Below the pieces are notes generated by a model. The model was not told the origin of the DNA and did no database searches. It saw only the letters and a program-made list of their open reading frames with translations. A stretch of 64,000 bases of DNA, taken from NCBI GenBank assembly GCA_964106915.2, contig OZ066918.1. One strand, 5' to 3'. A program made the position numbers and the translations under genes. Source of the DNA: Podarcis gaigeae (taxonomy: Eukaryota). Numbering within the stretch: position 1 is the stretch's first letter; the number at the start of each line of letters is the position of its first letter. This document shows, in pieces, positions 12,598 through 23,484 of the stretch.

Positions 12598-13518
12598 AAT
12601 CTTCACTTCCTTAAGGAATGCGTCATTGGTTGCTAACTAAACTCTATGCTAGGCCTGGGTGATGTATCAATACATTGCCCAGGATCAGTTTGGGAACCAG
12701 AGTGTGGTTATATACCACCCGGCGGTATGCCTGTCCAAACCCAAGCAAACTATGGCTATGAATTGTGTGGGTAGCATGGTGGAGCCTAACTACTGCACTA
12801 CAAGCCCTGAGCAGAGAAAAGAGCGGAAAGCTTTTGCATAAGGAAGTAAAATTCCTGGGCTTACCTTGTGTTCTTTGATCTATCTCTTAAGTGTGTTGAA
12901 TTCAACCTTTTGAGTACGTAGAGATAAGCCCTTATCAACCAGCAGTTAAAATAACAAACCCTCCCACCTTGCTGAGTTGGACAGAAACTCCCCAAGGCTT
13001 CTGGGCTAGAGTAAATGTGTACAAATGTTATACCAGTCAGCCTTGATGGGGACAAAGTTTACACACTGAAGAGATCCACTGCAACAAAAGTTTTGCATTG
13101 TTTTATGTAGTCCAATGCAGTTTAAAGTGAGTATTTTAAATTAAAATACTTAGTTTTTAACTCAATAGATTTATCTAGAGAGAGATCCATTTCCTGCTAG
13201 CAAATGATGCACATTAAAGTAATCTGTAAATACACATAATGACTCCTGTGGAGGGCAGAAGAGGTGAGTGAGTGGGTTTTCCTATTGTCTGCTATGAATG
13301 AGAAAAGTGTCTCATGCACTCTGAATTTAATCTGCCATAGCTAGCAATGGGACCATAGTAGAAAGAATAAATATTGGCAGCACAAGCTTTAAATTTTTAT
13401 TCTCTTGAAAAATTAGCAAATGTTTTATAAAGCTATTGAATTTTTTCTTCCCAGTGGTTGGACATCTGTTTTATAGAACTTTTCAGTCATATTATTTAAG
13501 AACATTTATATTTATAAT

Positions 13519-13667
13519 CAGTGCTTTTTTCTGGGGGGATGCTGGGGTACACATATCCCTAAACATTTTGTGAATCTAAGTTTGGCCTTTTTGAGGAGCA
13601 GTATTTCAATATGAGTAGGAAAATGAGAGTATCCCTAAACATTTTTTTTAGAAAAAAAAACCCACTG
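13519..13667. mobile_element. hAT MITE
   Basis: TIR cagtgctttttt / aaaaaaacccactg; 8-bp TSD tttataat. Confidence 0.8.
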
Positions 13668-14176
13668 TTTATAATGAACCATTCTGAAATCCCCCGCACT
13701 GTGAATATAATTTTCTTTGTTCAAGATACTTGTATATGATATTCTTCTCTCAGTTATATTTTAATTCCTTAGTTCAAATAATAAAATCCTTCATTCCTAA
13801 TTTAATATATCTTAACTCTTGCACTTGTTAAGCACACACCTCTCCAACTGGAATAAAAGCACCTGTCACCTAATTGTTACTCTCTCTATATGTCATTGAG
13901 TTTCAACTGTCTATACATTTGTTAAACATTTGGATGGGTTGATCAGTTTTTGTTTGAGCACAATTTACTATCTTTTAAGAGAAATATTGTATTTGTTGGA
14001 AAATACACTATTTTGAGAAGTTCTGATAACATTTTTTAAAAAAAAAATTGTAGTCAGAACTTGGGATTTTACAGACCCAAATATTAAGGATTGCCTAACC
14101 ACTAGAAAGAAGGTTGCCCTAGGTCTAGAATGTACCTTATCATTCCTGAGTTGCAGCATTCCTCTGATGTCAAATA

Positions 14177-14393
14177 CAGTGGTACCTTGGGTTACAAACA
14201 CTTCGGGTTACAAACTCCGCTAACCTGGAAGTAGTACCTTGGGTTACAAACTTTGCCCCAGGATGAGAACAGAAATCGTGCGGCGGTGGCAGCGAGAGGC
14301 CCCATTAGTGAAAATGTGCCTCAGGTTAAGAACAGCTTCAGGTTAAGAACGGACTTCCAGAATGAATTAAGTTCGTAACCCAAGGTATCACTG
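14177..14393. mobile_element. Tc1/mariner (Tigger-like) MITE
   Basis: TIR cagtggtaccttgggttac / gtaacccaaggtatcactg; TA TSD. Confidence 0.85.
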
Positions 14394-15942
14394 TAGAGTC
14401 CTACGTGTTTTGATTTTGTCATGACAGTTGATAAGTTCATTGATAGAGCCTAAAGCAGGAGTCATGTTTTGAAGAATGTCCTAGATTGGTAAAATACAGG
14501 AAGAAGTTAGTGTGTACTGATGGACCTCTCTATAAATTGACCTGGGTGTCTCTAGAGGTGATGGCAGAGCTGAAACCTGACAATGCATTTTCAAGAATCT
14601 GATTATGATTTGGTTCACATGTAATGTAGACCTAAACCATGGGTTAGCACAAGCACACAGGCTCCCCAAAGGCAGATTCTGGTTGCTTTGCTTCTCCTTT
14701 GCCCCTGCTTTTGCAGTACTGTGAGCTAAGCAATGATTTCATGTAGCATATTGCCAGAACCCAGGCTTATACTTTTTGTGCTCCAGATAAACCATGAAGC
14801 AGCAAAGCAGCCACAGTCTCCTCTCTGGGAACTTTCATGTTCCTACTAAGTCATGGTTTGGCTTAGCATCACATGCAAACTGGGACTATAAGTTCTTAAT
14901 TCAAAATATGGTGATGGTTTGGGAGTCATCAAGATACTGGTTCAGTTCTGATGTAATACTAATTGTTTGGTGTTTCATGAGCAAGCCTTAGGCTTGTGTA
15001 CCCCCTTTTCTTGCTCTTTCCTTCTTCTGTACACACTATGTATACACTATTTTTGACAGAACTAGGAAGTACTGGAAGGAATTTGAGGGAGGAGGGAGTG
15101 TATGATCCCAAGTTTTGTTGTGTGGTTCCAAAATATGGCTTGGAATTATGGTTGAATAGAGCCAGTGAGACACCTGAGCTTGTACAGTTCACATAGCTGC
15201 ATGAGAACAGGTTTTTTAAAAAAATATATTTATTAGTTTACAATATATAGAATCTTATATAATGTAAACATCATAGTTATATTTTGTTGAATTTCATATT
15301 GTTGTATTTAGGGATTCAGTTCTCTTTGGAGGACCATGTGAAAAGTATATGCAGAGCCTGGTGCAATTCAAGCCAAAACGTTCTTTTAAAAAATCTTATT
15401 AGTCTTGTTTTATTTGGCTATTTTCAGATAGAAGAATCCAGTGTTGGAATGTCTTACTCTTGCTCTTTGAAGCTGCACTGAGTGTCAGCTTGGTTTATCT
15501 ACCTTGAAGAGCAAATCAATGCACAGCTTGAAGAGAGGGCATGGGATGTTGCCGTGCCTGGAACAATGATCAGGTACCAGAATGAACCTTAGATTTAGAA
15601 CGGAAAGATTATTAATAGGTGAGAATTATAGTAGCTTACTTTTTCAACATACAACATGTGAAATGTTAGGGTCTGTACCAACATAACTCTACAATTCTGG
15701 AGGAAAGGTGGGATATACCAGTAAATATCAATAACAATAACAACCAATTTCATACAGTTCTTTAAATTGCATCTAACACTTCAAATGTTGTTCTCCTTTG
15801 GGAGGAACCGCCATTTTCAAAACAAAGTTCTAGGTTTCTCTATATTTATTGTTTACTGTGTTCCCTTAATTATGCATACCATCCTATATTATTTTCCTTT
15901 TATATACTCCTCAAATCTGGGTATAATGTTTAGTTATTAACT

Positions 15943-16072
15943 TGGGATTGGATACAGACTTAGTTATGCTTAGAGTAGCTCCCCTTGAAACCAATGAGGT
16001 TTGTTACGCTAACTTAAATCCCATTGATTTCAGTGGGCCTTCTCTAAGTACGATTAAGTCTGGATCCAACCC
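15943..16072. mobile_element. Palindromic MITE-like repeat
   Basis: gggattggatacagacttagt...cttagag pairs imperfectly with ctctaag...attaagtctggatccaaccc. Confidence 0.55.
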
Positions 16073-16379
16073 TTAGTGTCATGGTGTATGCTTGAAGTAA
16101 TGTAGGTCTCTGGTTAATAAATGTACTAGTTTCCTATAGCAGATATCAGATATTTGATAGGTTTGTCATGCAAGATCTATTCGGATGGCTGGCTTTGCTG
16201 TGATATTGTTATGCACTCGTCATATAATGAAGGAAGAGAGCTTTTCTGTTCTGCAGCTTTTCTACATGCTGTTCTAATATTCACCTCACGTATCAGCATT
16301 GTTTTCATTATCATCCGGTCCCACTTGCCCCACACCCCTCCCAGCTGGCAGGGTCTGTATCATAACCCTTTGATGCTGT

Positions 16380-16743
16380 GTCGCAGGGGTTTGATTGGTA
16401 GCATCTGCCTGCTCTGTGATGAGATTCCTCTGAAGAAAGGCAGGCTGTTGTTGCCTGATTCTGATTGGCTGTCCCACCTGACTCTCCTCTCCTCTTCCCC
16501 CCTCCTTTTTCAGAGCACACACCACAGCAGGCTGTATTCTGAAACCTAAAACAGCCCCGTATACATCCATTCATGAATCTGTGACGTCAGTAGTGTCTGT
16601 GTTCTCCTTTGCAGCGGGGTTGCAGGATTGTGTGGGTGGAATTTCCTTGCTGTATTTTGCAGATCAGGTTTGGGTTTCGTTTTTCTGCCGTCCACATCAT
16701 AACACATGAAAATGGAGCAGGATTGTAGAAATTACTCACCACC
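16380..16743 (+). promoter_or_regulatory. Proximal MAP3K13 promoter and 5' UTR first exon (donor at 16744)
   Basis: Two reverse CCAAT boxes (ATTGG ~16394, ~16464), full CRE TGACGTCA at 16582-16589, donor CC|GTAAGT at 16743/16744. Confidence 0.6.
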
Positions 16744-19620
16744 GTAAGTATATTAACAAAATCTGTCTTCCTTCAAGGGGCTGCGTTTGCAAAATGACCG
16801 ATGTTACCTTCCTGCCATTTATTTCAGAGGAGCAGATGGATGGTGCATTTGGGGTGCGAGTGGACTGGAAAAAATGCTGAAAGACACCATATTAAAGCCA
16901 AGAATATTTCTGTTTCTGCCCATTTACTTCTTTGTAAATGAAACATAGACATGTTTCATTTACTGTTCTAGAGGTTGTTCTGGAGGTTGTGTAATGGTCC
17001 TTCCCTCTTTTTAAAATGGGAGAGAATGCATTTCTGTGGCTGTCTGAAAAGGCAGAGATTGCAAATAGCAAGTAAGAAAATTGCAACTGATCTTAAAACA
17101 GGAGGCTTCTCCCTCTTCCCATGTCCTTGTGAAAATGTAATCTTCAATTGTGGTGCAGCTTTTTAATAAAACGTAACATGTTTGTCAATATATTTTGACT
17201 GGATTTGGGAACAATTTAGGTATTAATGAGAAGTTTAATGATTAAATCCTTCCATAGAAATAAAAAGGGCTTCTTTTAGCATAAAAAAATAGGTATAAAG
17301 TCCCAATGATTTACTGTTTACTGAGATTATCCTTGCTGAGGTTTGATTGTCCTGCTTGCTAGTGAAATCAGTGAGAGTTCATACGGAATGGCAATGTATC
17401 TTACCCTTGAATCTTGCCCTTTCAGAAATTGCTGAAAAAAAGAAGTACCAGAAGTGACAAAAACATATTTCAGGCAAATGCCTTGGACCTAATAGTTCTG
17501 GCTCCACTTCATTTTTAATGCTCCCATCCTAAATTACAACATAGTGTTTTCCAGAGTTTGTTGCTGAAATTGGAAATACATGTAAAGCTCTATTTTTGAC
17601 ATTGTGCCTAGAATAAAAGACGAGTGTAACAAAAAAAAAGGTGAGAGTAACAAAGCAAGAAAAGTAAAAAACAAAAACAAAAAACCACCCCACAACCCTG
17701 GTTTCCATGTTTGGAAAAAAAATGCTTCTTACCCTTTCTCTTCACTGGGACATCCACCCCCTTGATACCTGGTTGTCTTTGTTACTTACTTCTCTGTTAC
17801 TCTCTGGGTTCACATGCCTCTATGTTTCAAAGTACAGTAGTGGAAACTGAATGACAAATTTCTATTCTTACACAATTAACTTAAATCCATTCTTAATTGA
17901 TGGGGGGACCCTTATGCTTATTTATAGGCATTTAATATTACAACAACTGCTTAATAGGGTTTTTTAAATCTGTGGCTATCTTTTCAGATTGTAATAAGGC
18001 TAGTGCAGCTTTGATTTGTGGTTTGTATGTTAATTAATTCCAAAAAGTGAAGCTTGGCATCTTGTTAATCTCTTCAAATGGATTATTGACAAAGAGCATT
18101 GCATCTCTTCTGTCTCTTGTGGTCAGCAGAGGTCAGGGTTTTCTCTTTTTTGCACTACTTGCTACAGGAAGGGTCAGTTTCCTCCTGTTAAATAGAATTC
18201 CTTAAGTATTAAAGTTCATTTTAATAATTCTCAACTACTCCAGAGAAAGTAGCTTCAGAGTGTTTACTCTTTTTCTGATATTTTTCTGATAAATTTCATG
18301 TTTATCATTGGAACTGGAAAAAGCATTTAAAATTCTGTCAGAATAATTTTTTTAAGCCAGCAGCCCATTATGGCATACAGAAATTGCTAAGTTCAAATTA
18401 CAGTTGACCAAATGACCAGGATTTTTCCAACTCTTCTTCCATTGTTTTGCAGATGTGCTTTAAGTGAGTTGGTATTAATGAAATATTTGACCATGTTTAT
18501 AAACTTGTAAGATGTAAGGCCTATTTCATCAATTAAAATTACCGTAATTTTGTTGTTCAGCTTGTGGTCCCGGTCAAAATACATAAATTCTGTTGCATCT
18601 TTGGAACTCTTAAGGACCAAAGAAACAGTATTTGTCTTAAGGGTGTTCAGAGTGTCACTAAAAGCTTTAAGAAGAGTAAAAAATAAATTAATAATTTTTT
18701 CTGCCTTCAAAAACTCCAGCAACTGTACATGTGAAAATAGGGTACTATTCTATAATTTATTTTAGTAGCAATTTTGGGGAGTAGGGGGGGGCAAGTGACC
18801 ATCAGTTTGGAATCAAAATGGGGCCACTCCAAAAGGAAGGTTGTTGTAGTTCATACTTGGTAGAGTTGCTCCCTATAAGTGTATAAGCTTGTAAATTAAA
18901 AGGCAAAACAAAAGAAAACAAAAACAACAGCCTGATAAGTTTCACGTGGGGGGGGGGACTGATAGGAGAGAGGGAAGATAAGGAAATTAGACTGCTTATG
19001 CCTTTATCAGATTACACTAACTTTCCCTGGAGTTGGGGTTGGGGGGGGGAATACACATTATGAGGTTAAATTCCCTTTTCCTACTCCATAGACTGTCTCT
19101 TACTACCCCAAGCACCTAACTATAGAATGCTCAAGATCAGGGCTGATGTGTCCAAACCTGAGCCCCCTCCCACATGATAGGAATATAGGAAGCTGCCTTA
19201 TACCAAGCCCATCTAGCCTAATATTATATTGCTGTGAGTGGCAGGCAACTCTCCCAGTTTTCAGGAAGAGACCTTTCACACCACCTGCTACTTGATCATT
19301 TTGACACTACAGGAGTAGGCATCAGGGTTGGGATAGAAAAAAGTGTCCTTTTTAAAGGCAATGAGAATGGATGAATGAGTGCATGTATAAATGCCTTTCC
19401 GAAGGAGGAGAATGACTTCAGACAGTATTTTACTATGGCAGGCATCTATTTTCCATACTGTTGTGTGGATTGTTATTTGATGGTGGTATGTGTGGTAGTG
19501 AGGAGAAGATGATTGCTTGATCGTTCTGCCTTGGCATCAAAGAATAGGTGTTTGTATGTACCGGTATGTGTCTCCTCCATGTCTAGGAATTCCCACCTGT
19601 GGTAGGGTAGACTACAGTAC

Positions 19621-19956
19621 CATACCCTCCAACATTTCTCCGATGAAAGTAGGGATGTCCCATTCCATAATGATAATTTTACTATTTATACCCCACACAT
19701 CTTACTGAGTTGCACCAGCCACTCTGGGCAGCTTTCTATATATATATAGAAACAGAATTAAACATTAAAAACTTCCCTATATAGGATTGCCTTCAGACGG
19801 CTTGGGGGTTGGATAACTCCATACCTCCAACATTTCTCCAATGAAAATAGGGACAGCTTAAGGAAAAGTGGGACATTCCAGGATCAAAATCAGAAACCAG
19901 GACAGCTTCTCTAAATCAGGGATGTTCTTGGAAAATAGGGGCACTTGGAGGGTCTG
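19621..19956. mobile_element. hAT-like non-autonomous element
   Basis: TIR cataccctccaa / ttggagggtctg; internal duplication of the left end at ~19820. Confidence 0.55.
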
Positions 19957-22198
19957 CTGTAAATATATATCTCCATATTAGGGCTGGGTGATACATAGTT
20001 TTCAACATTGTGATATATTATCCACTAAATATTGTGCTATATCTGTCGACTGTTGGAGGAGGAGGGAAAAGCAATATGTTGCTGATTTCTCCCTCTTTCT
20101 TGCAGTCTCCAGTGCCCCCTGAAAATCTGTTCTGGACAGTCCACCAACCCTCATAACAGATTTTCAGGGGGTCCTGAGGGCTGCAGTGTAAAAGGGACGG
20201 GCAAGAACTTCCTTTTGGCCTCTTTAAGTGGGTGTCTCTCCCTGGGAAACAGCGCTAGGAGGACCATTGTCAAATAGGGAACTGGCATCAAATGGGTTTG
20301 ATGTCAGTTGGCTAACCAGGCTCTTAAGCAATGGTTCGATCCTCAATTAAGATTATTGTCAGTAAACCACATTAAACCACAGTTCTCCATTTTGGAAATA
20401 TTCAGGAACTGGGTTTAATTTAACCAGGTCTGCCACACTTTCAGAAAGGAAAATCCCAAAATATCCTATGTCTTCTATTTAGAGTTCTATTTAGTTTGTG
20501 GTGAATAGGTTTTGATGGGTGACTTTCACATCCATTTTTTGTCAAAAAATTAAAGCCAATGGCATGCTAAAAAATTACTTGACTCTCTTCCCCCCATTCC
20601 CCAACTCAACTATGAAATTAAAAGAAATAAGGTTTTTTTGTCATGCTCTGTAAGCTGTATGACAAATTTGCTATCCCACTTAGGCTACTGCAATAAAATG
20701 TATAGTGTATATAAATGGAAGGCATGTAAAAAGAGGTATTCTGAGTAGCTTCTGCCAGGAACTTTTATTGGTTTCATATCTTAATATGACAACACTAGGA
20801 GCTGAAGAGAGCTCTTTCTGCCTGCATAATGGTTATATAGAGATTGCAAAGTGAATCCTTCAGGGAGAAACAGATTAATGAAATGTGTGATAGTGGATTC
20901 TCATTTTCATACTATACCTTGTAGTGTAAATATCAGTTCAGTGATATTTCTATAATAATAATGAATGTGCATTTCCTTTTCTAACTTAACTTTAAAAAAT
21001 ACTGTGTTTGATATTACCAGAAGTCATTATGCAACCTTATTTATTTTGTGTGACACTACATTATGCAATCTAGAGCCATTGGACTGTGAACATGAAAATG
21101 CTCTGAATGGAAACAATGCTAAAAATATCTTTTATATCACATGGGAAGATCATACATATAAAATGTATTGTTTACAGAATAAAGGCAACATTTTCTTGGG
21201 CAATTGAAACTGAGATTTTATTTGTGTGAAGAACAGCTTATCTGAGACATATTTTTTCAGACTGGGGGAGCAGAATCCAGCCCTTCTGTCAATTCATGTA
21301 CAGATATGTAATTAGCTTTGGTTTCTCCAGTGCCAGAACAAAGATGTAAACATTTCTTCTTCTTCTTCTTGCTTGACAGAATTACAAAATAAAAGTTGTA
21401 TCTGCAAAAGGGGGGCTCCCAGAAGCATAATAGTGGAACATAACATGACAAATTAGAGCAGGAAAGGCACATATAGATGTGCTCTCAGTGGTGGTTCAGC
21501 TCCAGGTTGTGAAACTCTTCTGTCTTCCAAAGTTTGCATATTCCAGACATGCTTTAAGACCTTTTTCCAGGGATGTAAAGTTGATTTCAGCAGTTGTATC
21601 TTGAAAACTGGTTTAAAATGTATATTTTTAACGTATATATTTTTTAAAAAAATTGTTACTCATCTCCAGGTTTATATAGATAAGTGCATAAGGCAAATAA
21701 GGTTTCTATCCCTTGTTTTGAATATAAATCACAAACAGCTGCTATAGATGCAACCACTTTGTAAGGGTGTTACATAATATGGAAAGACAGCTATAGTATA
21801 ACAATACTGTATAGTAAAACATAATTGGAGGAACTCGATTGTTCATATTCTAGTAAACGCAAGTCTCCTGTAAGATCAGCTTACTCAAGTCCAGCTTTTT
21901 CTCCACTGTTAGTTTCAGCCTGCTTATATATAGCTGTCAGTTCTCCTTCAGTTCAGCCTGTCCTGTCTTAAGGAACGACTGTGTTCTATGTTAGACCACT
22001 CTAAGCTGGGACTAACAACCTAGTAATAGTAAGATAGTTGAACAGAAGATCATTCCTATGTACCTCAGTAATTCACTTTTGTCAGTAATATTTACCTTTA
22101 AATGGGTGAAGTTCACACTTGTCCTTGCAATAATGCCTGAGTAAGTCCAAACTCATAGTATCAAACAGTAGCCCAGTAGAAATTACCTATTTATAAAA

Positions 22199-22337
22199 CA
22201 GGTGTAGGGAACCTTTTACCCTCCAGATATTGCTGAGCTATAACTCCCACTACCCCTGGCTATTGGCTGTGCTTGCTGGTGGGAGTTGTATCTCAGCAAC
22301 ATCTGAGGTGATTGGGTGTCCAAGGCTCCCCACACCT
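22199..22337. mobile_element. Degenerate palindromic hAT MITE, same family as 5519-5655
   Basis: caggtgtagggaacc...ctataactcccac...gggagttgta...ggctccccacacct. Confidence 0.55.
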
Positions 22338-22982
22338 TATATTTAGAGTTACAACACAACATACCATAGTTTTCCCCTAAATGCACACTTGTTAAAAATT
22401 TGCATTACAGTTGGGCACAATTGTTTTGAATGGCTGTTATGATAACAAATCAATTTACAAAGTATATCAGCCTTGTTTAAATTTAATTTTAAATACCTAA
22501 TTCTATATTAATAAAATTGTTGTTTTACGATGCATGGAATGACCCTATTGCAGCTTGGATTTTTCATGGCAAGCTATGTAAATACTTCTATAGTTTTGTC
22601 ACATGAGCCTGTTTGGTTTCGATGTCAGGTGGCTTAATGTGACAGATGGGCAAAGTCCAGCATGCAATATATTGCTGAGAGATACCACAACTGTGGGAGA
22701 ACAGTTGTAACTTCAAGCAATTGTTACTTCTGTTGTTGTATGAAAAGTTCCTTGGGACAGGATAGCCTTTTTGTTAGGAAATTAATCCTTGGGCTTAATC
22801 TGAAGAATAAATAGGTAGTTTACATCAGTTTATTGTTCATTTAAAATATTTGTCTCCAAATGTAATCAGATATATGAGTCTCATAACCTTTCTGTGGTTC
22901 CTTTTTCAGGTGTTGTGGCCACTTTCTACACTGGGAGTGAGCACTGGTGTTTGTTAGAGCAATATCTTTGACTGTCAACTCC

Positions 22983-23484
22983 ATGCACACCCACAGTACA
23001 ATGACCAGTTCTCAGGAGCCCCTGAGCTGGTCTTCCTCTACGACTGTGATCGCCAAGACCCTCAATGAAGATAAAGATTTCACTAGGATGCATGGAGAAC
23101 ATATACCCAGTGGTCTCCATCCTTCATCTGAGATCATAGAAGACGTACGAGACAAGGGCTTACTTCATAGCAATGCATCAGAGAACATGAGCAGTCCAGG
23201 TGCCACAACAGTATTGACCAGTGTAAGTGAGGATTCAAGGGACCAATTTGAAAACAGCGTGCTACAGTTAACAGAACAGGATGAATTGGAAACTACTGTT
23301 CATCAGGGCACCAATGATAATATACCTGGAGAGACCAACAATGGAACAGAAGATATCAAGATCCAGTTCAACAGATCAAGTAGTGGAAATGGTGGATTTC
23401 TTGAAGGACTCTTTGGTTGTTTGAAGCCTGTATGGAATATTATAGGGAAAGCTTACTCCACTGACTACAAGCTGCAGCAACAAG
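22983..23484 (+). CDS. MAP3K13: MAP3K13 coding exon 1 (exon starts at 22910)
   Basis: [22 protein letters not shown]...[30 protein letters not shown]; donor AG|GTAAAC. Confidence 0.95.

Larger units (their letters stand above)
8548..18722 (-). pseudogene. Candidate decayed multi-exon gene with RGS-domain-like motifs, antisense to the MAP3K13 5' region
   Basis: Exon-like segments bounded by AG/GT at 18722->~17950, 14576-14405, 13078-12865 and 9147-8548, with in-frame stops; motifs LGEFLSNSARWEGLLF*LLVDK, LLEFLKAEKIINLFF, PQKVIVHIVQ*YISFLKNS. Manual pattern match only. Confidence 0.4.

Noticed and set aside
15312-15618. Exon-like segment with AG/GT bounds on the plus strand
   Set aside because: Three stops, no recognisable motif, and either strand can be read as a decayed exon; not assignable.
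18510-18550. VILIDEIG resembling a Walker B motif (Pif1/Helitron or viral helicase)
   Set aside because: No Walker A upstream in frame and no other helicase motifs or Helitron termini.
20918-21210. Possible further 5' exon of the antisense pseudogene (donor AAG|GTATAG)
   Set aside because: Several stops and only vague similarity to RGS22-like N-termini; too weak to extend the call.
22938-22940. Selenocysteine or programmed readthrough at the uORF TGA
   Set aside because: No CTAG readthrough context and no SECIS identified by eye.
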